In this document: piece after piece, positions 32,054-40,810 of the stretch
Numbering within the stretch: position 1 is the first letter of the stretch
Layout: each line of letters begins with the position of its first letter
Source: Pseudomonadales bacterium
GTDB taxonomy: Bacteria; Pseudomonadota; Gammaproteobacteria; Pseudomonadales; Azotimanducaceae
NCBI GenBank assembly: GCA_022448765.1
Contig: JAKUTI010000001.1
Coordinates: 1 to 41,317, forward strand
DNA length: 41,317 nucleotides
Reading direction: 5' to 3'
The notes under the pieces: generated by a model
Database searches by the model: none
Seen by the model: the letters and a program-made list of their open reading frames with translations, nothing else
What the model was told of the DNA's origin: nothing
Position numbers and translations under genes: made by a program

Positions 32054-33628
32054 ATGGAAGCGCCGTCGGCTAATACGACTTTCTTTGGCCACCCGCGTGG
32101 ACTGGTAGTCCTATTTTTTGCGGAAATGTGGGAGCGGTTCAGTTTCTACGGCATGCGTGCCCTGCTGGTCCTTTATCTGACGCAGCACTTCTTGTTTGAA
32201 GATGGTATTGCGGCGTCGATCTACGCCTCCTACGGATCTTTGGTTTATCTCACGCCGGTCATAGGTGGGTTGGTTGCTGATCGTTACCTGGGATTTCGAA
32301 AGTCAGTGATATTTGGCGCAGGCTTGTTGGTTTGTGGGCATTTTCTGATGGCGTTTGAGGGCGAGCCGGCTCAGGTGGTGGGTGGTGCGGTTGTGCGTGA
32401 TGAGTCAGCGCTTTCGGCAATGTATTTAGCGCTTGCGTTCATTATCGTAGGCGTCGGCTTCCTTAAACCATCTATCTCGAACATCGTGGGCGAGCTCTAC
32501 CAACAAAACGAAAGGCGTCGGGATCAGGGATTTACGCTCTTTTACATGGGGATCAATCTCGGAGCATTGTCGGCAATGCTCATATGTGGGTGGTTGGGGC
32601 AACATGAGGATTACGGTTGGTCCTACGGATTCGGATTGGCGGGGATCGGCATGCTTGCTGGTCTCATCACGTTTGTAAGGGGCCAACGCTGGTTGAGTGA
32701 CATCGGGGCTCCCGCGCGGCCTATGTTGCTTAACAGCCGCTTCATGGGCGTCCGTCGGGAAACTATCATTTATTCGGTAGGCGTCATCATCGTCGTGTCG
32801 GCGTGGGGACTTATGCAGTCCCGCGATATCGTCGGCGCGGCGCTAGGTGTTGCGTCCATCGGCGCCGTCGTGGGTATCCTTAGTTATGCGCTGGTGGGTT
32901 GCTCTCGAATCGAACGGCATCGATTGTTCGTTGTCGTCTTCTTGACCATGGTCTCCGTTATTTTCTGGACGTTCTTCGAGCAGGCGGGTACAAGTTTGAC
33001 CCTGTTCACCGACCGCAATGTCGCCAAGAACGTTTTCGGTTTCGAGATGCAAGCGTCCCAAATGGGGTTTTTGAACCCGTTGTTCATAATCTTGCTCGCG
33101 CCGTTGTTCTTTATTGCATGGGAACTGTTGGGTCGGCGGGGCTGGGAGCCATCGACACCAATGAAATTTGGACTCGGCGTATTACAAGCAGGATTGGGAT
33201 TTGCTGTTCTCGTTTACGGCGCTAATTTCGCCGATACAGCGGGTCAAGTAGCGGTAATTTGGCTCGTGCTTGCGTACCTGTTGCATACCACGGGGGAACT
33301 TTGTTTATCCCCCGTGGGATTATCGATGGTGACCCGCCTGTCGGTACCGAAAATCATGGGTCTTATGATGGGCGTTTGGTTCCTGTCGTCGGCTGCGGCG
33401 CATTACTTGGCTGGCATGATCGCGGGCATGGCAGCGGTGGATTCGGTGCCTGGCGGCTCGATTGACGCGGTTGCATCGCTACCGATTTACACGGAGACTT
33501 TTCGGTCCCTCGCCTATGTAGGTATCGCGTTAGGTATAGCCGTGATGGGCTCGGCGCCGCTAGTGCGACGCTATATGCACGAGTCTCAGTCAGACTTGGT
33601 GGAGGTAGAATCGCGTCCCACACAGTAG
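32054..33628 (+). CDS. POT/PTR2-family proton-dependent oligopeptide transporter
   Basis: Signature GHPRGLVVLFFAEMWERFSFYGMRALLVLYL (ExxERFxYY) and many TM helices. ATG 32054 was chosen; track start 31967 would overlap the divergent M81 gene. Confidence 0.9.
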   Translation: MEAPSANTTFFGHPRGLVVLFFAEMWERFSFYGMRALLVLYLTQHFLFEDGIAASIYASYGSLVYLTPVIGGLVADRYLGFRKSVIFGAGLLVCGHFLMAFEGEPAQVVGGAVVRDESALSAMYLALAFIIVGVGFLKPSISNIVGELYQQNERRRDQGFTLFYMGINLGALSAMLICGWLGQHEDYGWSYGFGLAGIGMLAGLITFVRGQRWLSDIGAPARPMLLNSRFMGVRRETIIYSVGVIIVVSAWGLMQSRDIVGAALGVASIGAVVGILSYALVGCSRIERHRLFVVVFLTMVSVIFWTFFEQAGTSLTLFTDRNVAKNVFGFEMQASQMGFLNPLFIILLAPLFFIAWELLGRRGWEPSTPMKFGLGVLQAGLGFAVLVYGANFADTAGQVAVIWLVLAYLLHTTGELCLSPVGLSMVTRLSVPKIMGLMMGVWFLSSAAAHYLAGMIAGMAAVDSVPGGSIDAVASLPIYTETFRSLAYVGIALGIAVMGSAPLVRRYMHESQSDLVEVESRPTQ

Positions 33629-34366
33629 GACCTCGTCATCCGAGACGTAAGCGCCTCGCTGCCTCGCGCGATCGAGAATTTGATCCTTATTTGCAACGGC
33701 GAGATCCAATCCAGAAAGGCCCGGACCCCGCCCGTCGATTGACTCGACAAATCGCAGCGTAACGTTGTTCAGGCGGATCGAAAGTTCGCTACCGGTTCGA
33801 TCGACAGGCAGACCAGAAACTTTTCCCCACAGATCCGCTAGTTCAACCGGATCGGGTCCTTGAAGTTCAACGCCGAGGTAATCCACCGTCACCGATTGGT
33901 CGACCTTGTCTTCCCACTTGAGACCTCCAGATGGTTGCCAGTTACCGTTGAAATCGTCGTGTTGGTCCCAGTCGATTTCAAAGAACGCGGCCTGCATGTC
34001 GCCAGGATGAATCTGGCATATGTACCAGGTGCCCCTATTGCTTTCGTGGGCGATTCGAATATTGTTATCGAGCGCGCGTTGACGTACCGCCTGCTGCGTC
34101 GTTTTGTTTCCCGCCTGACAGATGACCATATAACCACCGTCTCCACCCCGCCGATTTAAGTATCGTCCGCCCGCCGTTCCTTCTTCGACAGGCGCGACGA
34201 CTTCAAGAAAATTACGTCCAACACACATCAGCGTGTTCTCAAGACCAAACGTGCGGACGCCTGGATCGATAAAGCAGCTATTGATCCCTAGAACGTCAGT
34301 TAGATCATCGATCACTGGGTCGAGTTCCCTCGCAACAAGACAAATTTGACGTAGTTGAATGGTCAT
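33590..34366 (-). CDS. VOC/glyoxalase-like domain protein
   Basis: 258 aa with a glyoxalase-like N-terminal module (ICLVARELDPVIDDLTDVLG...FLEVVAP). Its 3' end overlaps the 3' end of the convergent POT gene by 39 nt. Confidence 0.65.
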   Translation of the reverse strand: MTIQLRQICLVARELDPVIDDLTDVLGINSCFIDPGVRTFGLENTLMCVGRNFLEVVAPVEEGTAGGRYLNRRGGDGGYMVICQAGNKTTQQAVRQRALDNNIRIAHESNRGTWYICQIHPGDMQAAFFEIDWDQHDDFNGNWQPSGGLKWEDKVDQSVTVDYLGVELQGPDPVELADLWGKVSGLPVDRTGSELSIRLNNVTLRFVESIDGRGPGLSGLDLAVANKDQILDRARQRGAYVSDDEVLLCGTRFYLHQV

Positions 34367-34399
34367 GGATGGATCCTCCCCTTCCGCCTATGATCAAGC

Positions 34400-35065
34400 T
34401 TGAAGTTGAGCTTGGCTAGTTTTTTGAAGATCGAAATATTTTCCGATGTGATTTGTCCTTGGTGTTTTATCGGTAAACGACGGCTGGACGCAGTAATCGA
34501 GCAAGGTGGTGTGGGTGAGATTGAGCTTGAGTGGAGACCTTATCAGCTTTATCCGAATCTTCCGTCCAGTGGTATGGCCCGAGTCGATTTTCTGCGGGCC
34601 CGCTATGGTGAGTCGGCGGACGCTAGTCGTACACCTGAGCGTATTCGGTTAGAAGCCGAAGAGGTTGGCATTACGTTCGATTATGCAGCGGTTGATCGAG
34701 TTCCCAACACCCTATCGGCGCATAGGTTGCTGGCGATGTCGAGCGAATTGGGCTGCCAACACGAGCTCGCAGAAACGTTATTCCAAGCGTATTTTTGCGA
34801 CGGATCCGATGTCGGGAATGTCGACACGCTCGTCAATTGTGCCGTCGCTGTCGGTATGAATGGTGGGGCTGTGAAGTCGTTTCTCGACAGCGATGAGGGA
34901 GTGGACAGGACGTTGAGAGAGATCGCGGGTACGTATGATCTAGGTGTTGTTGGAGTGCCTTGTTATCGGTTGGGGGAGACCTTTTTGTTGCCAGGCGCGC
35001 AGACACCGGATGTGATGATCCAATTCATTGACCGAGCGAGAAATCGCCTAGCGGAAACAGAATAG
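34400..35065 (+). CDS. DsbA-family thiol oxidoreductase (FrnE / 2-hydroxychromene-2-carboxylate isomerase-like)
   Basis: Thioredoxin-fold CPWC site in IEIFSDVICPWCFIGKRRL. TTG 34424 (giving MKIEIF...) is a plausible alternative start. Confidence 0.85.
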   Translation: MKLSLASFLKIEIFSDVICPWCFIGKRRLDAVIEQGGVGEIELEWRPYQLYPNLPSSGMARVDFLRARYGESADASRTPERIRLEAEEVGITFDYAAVDRVPNTLSAHRLLAMSSELGCQHELAETLFQAYFCDGSDVGNVDTLVNCAVAVGMNGGAVKSFLDSDEGVDRTLREIAGTYDLGVVGVPCYRLGETFLLPGAQTPDVMIQFIDRARNRLAETE

Positions 35066-35147
35066 TAGTCGGGACAGATCGTAAACAGAGGATCCTCACC
35101 AACCACGGGGTCCTTTATGCCTATCGAACTGCGGATTTGGTTGGCGG

Positions 35148-36698
35148 TTAGGGTCGATAAGAAAAAGAAGGGCTTTCCGCGCGAGACGCTCTTCTCGCGA
35201 GATTCGCCCAACGACAAAGAACCGGACGGGTATCTCGGGGGTCGATGATCTCTTCGATCTCAAAATGCTCGGCACTGCGAAAGGGCGAACGGACGCGGTT
35301 CAGGCGGTCCCGTATCTTTGCGAGGTGAGCGTCATAGTCGGCTGCCTCGGCTAATTCTGCTTTGTAAGCCACCTCTATACCGCCTTCAATAGGTAAGGAA
35401 CCCCAATCCCCCGATGGCCAGGCGACACGAATATGATGCGCGCCGGGTTTGTGGTTTGCGCCTCCAGCAACGCCGAATGCTTTACGGACAATGACGCAAC
35501 AGAAAGGTACGTTGCTCTGACCAAGTGCGGCCAATGCAGACGATCCGAACCGAATTGTTGCCTCTTCTTCACTCTTTTTGCCAATAAGGAAACCGGGGCA
35601 GTCCTCAAGATGGACGATAGGTAAGTGGAAGGTTGATGCAAGATCAAGAAGTCGGGTGAGTTTCCGACACGCATCCGCCGTCCACGCACCCCCATAAATT
35701 GCTGGATTTTCGGCGAATAGAGCGACGGGGATACCGTCCAGACGCGCTAAGCCCGTGATAATCGAGCGGCCCCATTTTTCGCCTATTTCAAAGAAAGACG
35801 CCTCGTCAACGACTGCCGAGATCAATTCGCGCATCTTGTAGATCTTCCTAGGGTCTTTAGGAACTAAATCAATGAGAGCATCGTGTCGCCGTTCTGGATC
35901 GTCCGCGCTTTCTACCCGTGGTGGGAGCTCGTCGTTCGCCGTTGGTAAATACGATAGGAAATACCTAGCGCGATCGAATGCTTCGGCTTCTGTGGCGACT
36001 TCGTCGTCGATGGCACCGTTTCGGGTGTGGATTCGAGCGTGACCGAGCTCTTCTTTGGTCACCTCGCCAAGCTTTGCCCAGTCGACGAGTGCTGGTCCTG
36101 CAATCATCATCTGTGCGGTATCTCGGACGATGACCGAGTAGTGCGATGTCGCGACACGGGCTGCCCCGATTCCCGCAACGGACCCCAAAGCGAGCGAAAC
36201 GGAAGGGGCGACTGCTAAGTGATTTACGACAGTCTCCCAACCGCGCAGCTCCGGGATGTATGTGCGCCCGGCCATTTCGATGGTTTTTACTGAACCGCCG
36301 CCGCCCATCCCGTCCACGAGGCGCACATGAGGGAGCCGTAAATCTAAGGCGAGGCCCTCCGCGCGTGCCCGTTTAGCTCCAATGGACGCGTCCGCCGAGC
36401 CCCCTCGGACGGTAAAGTCGTCGCCGGATAGCACCACAGGACGTCCCCCGATATCGGCGGTACCTAGGACGAAGTTGGACGGCGTGAACTCTGCAAGGTT
36501 GCCAGCATCATCGTATTTCCCGACTCCGGCAAGCGTGCCGATTTCGTGAAACGAGTCCGGATCGCAGATTGCCGCGATACGCTCTCGAATAGTGAGCTTA
36601 CCGAATTCGTGTTGACGGGCGACCTTGTCCTGGCCGCCCATCTTCAATGCTAGCTGTTCGCGTTGACGGAGTTCCTTTATCTCGTCTTCCCAGGACAT
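35148..36698 (-). CDS. Acyl-CoA carboxylase carboxyltransferase (beta) subunit family protein
   Basis: 516 aa with carboxyltransferase blocks RQHEFGKLTIRERIAAICDPDSFHEIG, VVLSGDDFTVRGGS and IVRKAFGVAGGA. Confidence 0.85.
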   Translation of the reverse strand: MSWEDEIKELRQREQLALKMGGQDKVARQHEFGKLTIRERIAAICDPDSFHEIGTLAGVGKYDDAGNLAEFTPSNFVLGTADIGGRPVVLSGDDFTVRGGSADASIGAKRARAEGLALDLRLPHVRLVDGMGGGGSVKTIEMAGRTYIPELRGWETVVNHLAVAPSVSLALGSVAGIGAARVATSHYSVIVRDTAQMMIAGPALVDWAKLGEVTKEELGHARIHTRNGAIDDEVATEAEAFDRARYFLSYLPTANDELPPRVESADDPERRHDALIDLVPKDPRKIYKMRELISAVVDEASFFEIGEKWGRSIITGLARLDGIPVALFAENPAIYGGAWTADACRKLTRLLDLASTFHLPIVHLEDCPGFLIGKKSEEEATIRFGSSALAALGQSNVPFCCVIVRKAFGVAGGANHKPGAHHIRVAWPSGDWGSLPIEGGIEVAYKAELAEAADYDAHLAKIRDRLNRVRSPFRSAEHFEIEEIIDPRDTRPVLCRWANLARRASRAESPSFSYRP

Positions 36699-36700
36699 CC

Positions 36701-37003
36701 TTAACCGATGCGCGTTCCCGTGAATGAAGCGTTCCCGAAGGAACCGAGTTTCACGTCACCGGAAAGGCTGTCGCCGTCAACGGTTGCCGAAAATTCCAAC
36801 GTAATTGGCATCGGGTTCGTGATATCCGCTTTCCACGACACGCTATCGCCATCGACGGCGCCGTCTTTAAGTTCCAGTGTTCCTTGTTGCCCCGCCATCG
36901 TTCCAGTCAGCGTATCCCCGTCGGTAGCGAGGGTTATCGTTGCTTTTTGTTGGCCCATTGGCGTGTTCATGGTTGTTTCCCACTGGCCGTCAGCACTACT
37001 CAT
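36701..37003 (-). CDS. Small Gly/Thr/Asp-rich, probably all-beta protein of unknown function
   Basis: 100 aa from ATG 37003, which is preceded by GAAGGAGA with about 6-nt spacing; track start 37018 is an upstream TTG. The stop lies 2 nt before the carboxyltransferase ATG (TAAGGATG). The pattern reads DGDTLTGTMAGQQGTLELKDGAVDGDSVSW...FSATVDGDSLSGDVKLGSFGNASFTG. Confidence 0.65.
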   Translation of the reverse strand: MSSADGQWETTMNTPMGQQKATITLATDGDTLTGTMAGQQGTLELKDGAVDGDSVSWKADITNPMPITLEFSATVDGDSLSGDVKLGSFGNASFTGTRIG

Positions 37004-37100
37004 GCGATTCTCCTTCAAGTGTATTCTTCGCCCGCTTGAGTATGCCTCTCAGTTCTCGCTGAGGTAAAGTGCGAAACACCCATCAATGTGGTGACCGGAT

Positions 37101-37766
37101 GTGATCGGAACCCTTAACGAGGGCCCACTACATCAGGCGTTAAAAGCGCTGTACGCGCGTCCCGGTTCTCGTGAGGAAGTCAGTATCGATGGCTTCGTCG
37201 CTGATGTTGTCGACGGTAATCAAATCATTGAGATCCAAACGCGGGGGTTCGGCGCGTTAAAGAAGAAGTTGCCCGTATTTCTTTCGGCCCACCCGCTAAA
37301 GTTAGTCCACCCGATCGCCCGTAAACGCACCATCGTAAAGGTTCAAAATGACGCCGAGAGCCGCCGCGTCTCGCCAAAACATGGATCACTCTTTGACATA
37401 TTCTCAGAGCTCGTCTACGTCCCGAAAGTGCTGAATGACCCCAACTTTGAGATTGATGTGGTCTTGATCGAGGAAGAGGAACGTCGGGAATATGATGGTC
37501 GTCGGGGTCGCAGAAAGGGGGGATGGGTCACGACAGGTCGGAGTCTCGTTCGGGTGCTGGAGGTTGTGACTGTCGGTTCCATGGAAGATCTGTTTTCCCG
37601 AATGGCTGGCGAATTAGGCCGTACGTTCACGTCTGCAGATCTTGCAGATGCGATGGAGCGGCCCAGATCGGTAGGACAGAAGGCGGCATATTGCTTTCGG
37701 GTGACGGGTCTTACGAGGGTTAGTGACAAAAACGGTAACGAACTGGTCTACGAAAAATCCGAGTGA
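37101..37766 (+). CDS. Conserved hypothetical protein with a PD-(D/E)XK-nuclease-like N-terminal motif and a wHTH-like C-terminus
   Basis: 221 aa from a GTG start. GFVADVVDGNQIIEIQTRGFGALKKKL resembles a D...E-x-(K/Q) restriction-endonuclease-fold core. The C-terminal FTSADLADAMERPRSVGQKAAYCFRVTGL looks helix-turn-helix-like. The functional call is tentative. Confidence 0.5.
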   Translation: MIGTLNEGPLHQALKALYARPGSREEVSIDGFVADVVDGNQIIEIQTRGFGALKKKLPVFLSAHPLKLVHPIARKRTIVKVQNDAESRRVSPKHGSLFDIFSELVYVPKVLNDPNFEIDVVLIEEEERREYDGRRGRRKGGWVTTGRSLVRVLEVVTVGSMEDLFSRMAGELGRTFTSADLADAMERPRSVGQKAAYCFRVTGLTRVSDKNGNELVYEKSE

Positions 37767-37887
37767 ACCTTGGTCAGTGACAATTTAGCAGGGACCTGCC
37801 TAGTTTCTTTTATCAAAAGGAACATCGACATTCCTGCGCCACTCCGTAAACTCCGCACGCACAAAACATGGTGCGAGAAGTGTCTCG

Positions 37888-39576
37888 ATGTCTGGATCCA
37901 GGTGGCTTTATTTGCCAGTGATAATCGTGATGGCGATTCTGGTTGATTGGAGCGCTGAAGGCCCGCTAACCCGCTTGGTACTTGGTACCTCGACATTACG
38001 TGTTAACACGGTTCCAGATGGCGCGAGCGTTTTTCTTGATGCAGAGCTTATCGGAACCACACCGCTTCGCCACGAGTTGCGTCCGGGGAATACGGTGTTG
38101 AAATTGGAACACCCGTTCCACCCGAATCACGTTGAGCGGCTCGAACTTCTTCGAGGCAAAACGAAAATGCTCGGTATCGCGTTAGAGCCAGCTTTCGGCA
38201 ATCTCGAGATCATCACCAACCCCAAGGCGGCTCAGGTGATTCTCAATGGCGAAGAATTGGACGGGCGAACACCCATTAAACTTAGGGATCTTCCGACGGG
38301 TATCCATGACGTCGGTGTCTTCATATACGGTCGCGAGCCGATCACGGAAACCATAACCGTGACGCCGAACGCGAATATATCCCGCACATACGAACTTGTC
38401 CGCGAACCGATGGGATCCTTGACGATCGACACAGTGCCTACCAACGCGGCGGTTCGACTGGTCGAGGTCAAACAACCATACGAACCACAGATGTTGTTGC
38501 CGATCGGCAGTTACGAGATCGAAGTATCCCATCCAGGCTATACCCCCCAGTCATTGCGGATGGTGGTTCGGCAGCAGGCGAACACGCGTCGAATTCGGCT
38601 CGAAAGAGAGTATGGGCGATTAAATTTATCCATCGCACCAGGGGAAGCGGTAGTGACGATCCGCTATGACGCGGGTAGCGGGGTTCGAAGTTTTGAGTAT
38701 TTTGACCGCATGCAGGTGCCTACTGGGAATGTCGTAATACGTGCAAAAGCGCTTGGTTATCGTAACTACGAAAGGAACTTGAAGATGTCGATGGCCGGGT
38801 TGAATCACAACATCGACATGAAAAAATTCCAGATCACCCCCGGTCGCGAATTCCGAGACGAGTTGCGCGGCGGCGGCGATGGCCCGTTGTTGAAAATCTT
38901 GAGTGCTGGGAGTTTTGTCATGGGTGCGGCGGGGGGCTATCCAGACGAGCGGCCACCGCGCACGGTGACGGTGACACAACCGTTTGCGATCGGCGTCTAT
39001 GAACTAACTCGAAGGGAATACAATCGATTCGAAAGCCTCGGGCCAGAAGACAATGTTCCCGCGACGAATTTGAGTTGGGGTCAAGTCGACGGCTACTTAA
39101 GGTGGTTGAGTCGCGAGACGTCCTACACCTATCGATTACCCAGTGAGGCTGAGTGGGAGTACGCTGCGCGTGCCGGGACGACGACCCCGTATTATTTCGG
39201 TTCCGACCCCGGTCGACTGTGCGAATACGAGAACGTCGGAGATCAAGCGATGCGTACCCAATTCCAGAAAGACACCGTCGCTTCCTGCAATGACGGTGTG
39301 ATTCGGCTCGCGCCCGTCGGTAACTTCAAACCCAACCCATTTGGCTTGTTCGACATGTTAGGCAACGTACACGAGTGGGTTGCTGATTGCTGGCATCGAA
39401 ACCATGAAGGCGCGCCATCAACTGCGAAGGCTCGGACCAGCATCTGCAATACGCCAGGACACGTCGTGCGCGGCGGCGACTGGTTTGCTGCACCCGCTGA
39501 TGCGCGGGTCAGTTTTCGAAATGTTGGGACGAAGGCAAGCGATTCTTTGGGATTCAGGGTCGTGCGTGAGCTCTAA
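37888..39576 (+). CDS. Membrane-anchored protein with four PEGA-like repeats and a C-terminal FGE/SUMF1-type (formylglycine-generating-enzyme-like) domain
   Basis: N-terminal anchor WLYLPVIIVMAILV. There are four ~70-aa repeats (LRVNTVPDGASVFLDAELIGTTP; LEIITNPKAAQVILNGEELDGRTP; LTIDTVPTNAAVRLV; LNLSIAPGEAVVTIRY). The FGE-type blocks are YRLPSEAEWEYAARAG, FGLFDMLGNVHEWVADCW, VVRGGDW and LGFRVV. Confidence 0.8.
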   Translation: MSGSRWLYLPVIIVMAILVDWSAEGPLTRLVLGTSTLRVNTVPDGASVFLDAELIGTTPLRHELRPGNTVLKLEHPFHPNHVERLELLRGKTKMLGIALEPAFGNLEIITNPKAAQVILNGEELDGRTPIKLRDLPTGIHDVGVFIYGREPITETITVTPNANISRTYELVREPMGSLTIDTVPTNAAVRLVEVKQPYEPQMLLPIGSYEIEVSHPGYTPQSLRMVVRQQANTRRIRLEREYGRLNLSIAPGEAVVTIRYDAGSGVRSFEYFDRMQVPTGNVVIRAKALGYRNYERNLKMSMAGLNHNIDMKKFQITPGREFRDELRGGGDGPLLKILSAGSFVMGAAGGYPDERPPRTVTVTQPFAIGVYELTRREYNRFESLGPEDNVPATNLSWGQVDGYLRWLSRETSYTYRLPSEAEWEYAARAGTTTPYYFGSDPGRLCEYENVGDQAMRTQFQKDTVASCNDGVIRLAPVGNFKPNPFGLFDMLGNVHEWVADCWHRNHEGAPSTAKARTSICNTPGHVVRGGDWFAAPADARVSFRNVGTKASDSLGFRVVREL

Positions 39577-39613
39577 CGTAAACAAATAGTTTGCTGAAGC
39601 TTGTGGCAGACTG

Positions 39614-40783
39614 TTGGTCGCAGGATTTGCGGTTGAGAGTTGCTTGCTTGAAGTAGCGGTGGTGGGTTGTGGGATGATCGGTTCTGCGGCCATGAAATAT
39701 TTAGCCCGCGCTGGTGTCGACGTGATGGGATTTTCGTCCCGAGAACCCGCTTCATTCGCCGACCACAACGGCGTGTTTGCCTCGCACTACGACGCTGGTC
39801 GTATTACCCGCACGCTCGATCCCAACAGGGAATGGGCTCGTATGGCGCAAGCATCGGTGGACCGATACGTTGAGTTAGAGCGCGAGTCGGGAATCGACTT
39901 TTATGATCCTGCTGGTTTTGTCGTGTTCGGTCCTCCCGGTTCAAAATATGTCGATCGCGTACGAGATACCGCGAACGAATTGGCAACGGTTTCGCGAAGC
40001 GCTCGGCCCGGGGACTTCAGCGGCATTGATTTTGGATCGAACACCGACATTGAAGCTCAAGATAAGGATGCAGGAGTCATAAATCCGCGCGAGCTTGTTA
40101 GAGCGCAATTGATTCTGGCTGAACGGGAAGGTGCGAAGGTTCGGTACGAGGAAGTGAGTCGGATTGAGCAACACGCTGGTAGTGGGGTTTCCATCGAGAC
40201 CATCGAAGGTAATAGCTTCGACGTCCAACGCGTGTTGATCGCCGCTGGTGGATTTAGTGAACCCGCGTTGACGGGAGCACGCTTGCGACTCGACGTCCAG
40301 GGTAGGGTAGTCTTCTTGGTGGAAGCAGATGAAGACATTGCGTCTGCCATGCCGGCGCTCATTGCAGATGACGCGGCGGGACTGGCCCTTTCCGAGTTCT
40401 ACGTGCTTCCGCCCGTGCTTTATCCGGACGGTAAACGCTACCTGAAGATTGGAACGGCGGAATATGACCATCCGTTGAGATCTCCGGCGGACAAAATTTC
40501 CTGGTTTTGGGGAGAAGGGGATGTGCGTGAGGATATCCGAGCGCTTCAACAAACTATCGAAGCCTTGGTACCGAGTATTCGTAACAGCGCCACGCAGCAA
40601 CTGCGCTGTGTGATTACTTACACCGCCACGGGCTACCCATACCTCGACTGGTTGAATGATCGAACGGCGCTCGCTGTCGGAGGCTGCGGTCAAGCCGCCA
40701 AATCTTCTGATGAGATAGGTAGGTTAGCAGCGCGTCTTTTTGCCGGTGACGAGCGACGGTATCCTGCGATTACGACGAATTAG
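39614..40783 (+). CDS. FAD-dependent oxidoreductase (DAO/sarcosine-oxidase-like family)
   Basis: Dinucleotide-binding motif VAVVGCGMIGSAAMKYLARAG near the N-terminus; about 380 aa. The exact start is uncertain (TTG 39614 or a downstream alternative). Confidence 0.8.
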   Translation: MVAGFAVESCLLEVAVVGCGMIGSAAMKYLARAGVDVMGFSSREPASFADHNGVFASHYDAGRITRTLDPNREWARMAQASVDRYVELERESGIDFYDPAGFVVFGPPGSKYVDRVRDTANELATVSRSARPGDFSGIDFGSNTDIEAQDKDAGVINPRELVRAQLILAEREGAKVRYEEVSRIEQHAGSGVSIETIEGNSFDVQRVLIAAGGFSEPALTGARLRLDVQGRVVFLVEADEDIASAMPALIADDAAGLALSEFYVLPPVLYPDGKRYLKIGTAEYDHPLRSPADKISWFWGEGDVREDIRALQQTIEALVPSIRNSATQQLRCVITYTATGYPYLDWLNDRTALAVGGCGQAAKSSDEIGRLAARLFAGDERRYPAITTN

Positions 40784-40810
40784 GAGGCGGAGGGGAGACG
40801 GTGCAGTGGG

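Noticed and set aside
35089-35114. Possible bidirectional terminator hairpin (AGGATCC-N11-GGGTCCT) between the DsbA-like and carboxyltransferase genes
   Set aside because: The stem is only 7 bp including a G-U pair, the loop is 11 nt, and the U-tract is weak (TTTAT). This is too marginal to call without energy calculations.
37888-39576. Annotating the FGE-domain protein as a genuine sulfatase-maturing formylglycine-generating enzyme
   Set aside because: The region aligned to the FGE catalytic Cys pair contains no cysteine, the protein is membrane-anchored with PEGA repeats, and no sulfatase gene is adjacent.
39941-40693. 250-aa antisense ORF inside the FAD-dependent oxidoreductase gene
   Set aside because: The plus-strand frame carries a canonical GxGxxG dinucleotide-binding N-terminus and reads as a coherent protein. 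The antisense product is Arg/Ser-rich with no motifs, which is typical of shadow ORFs in GC-rich DNA.
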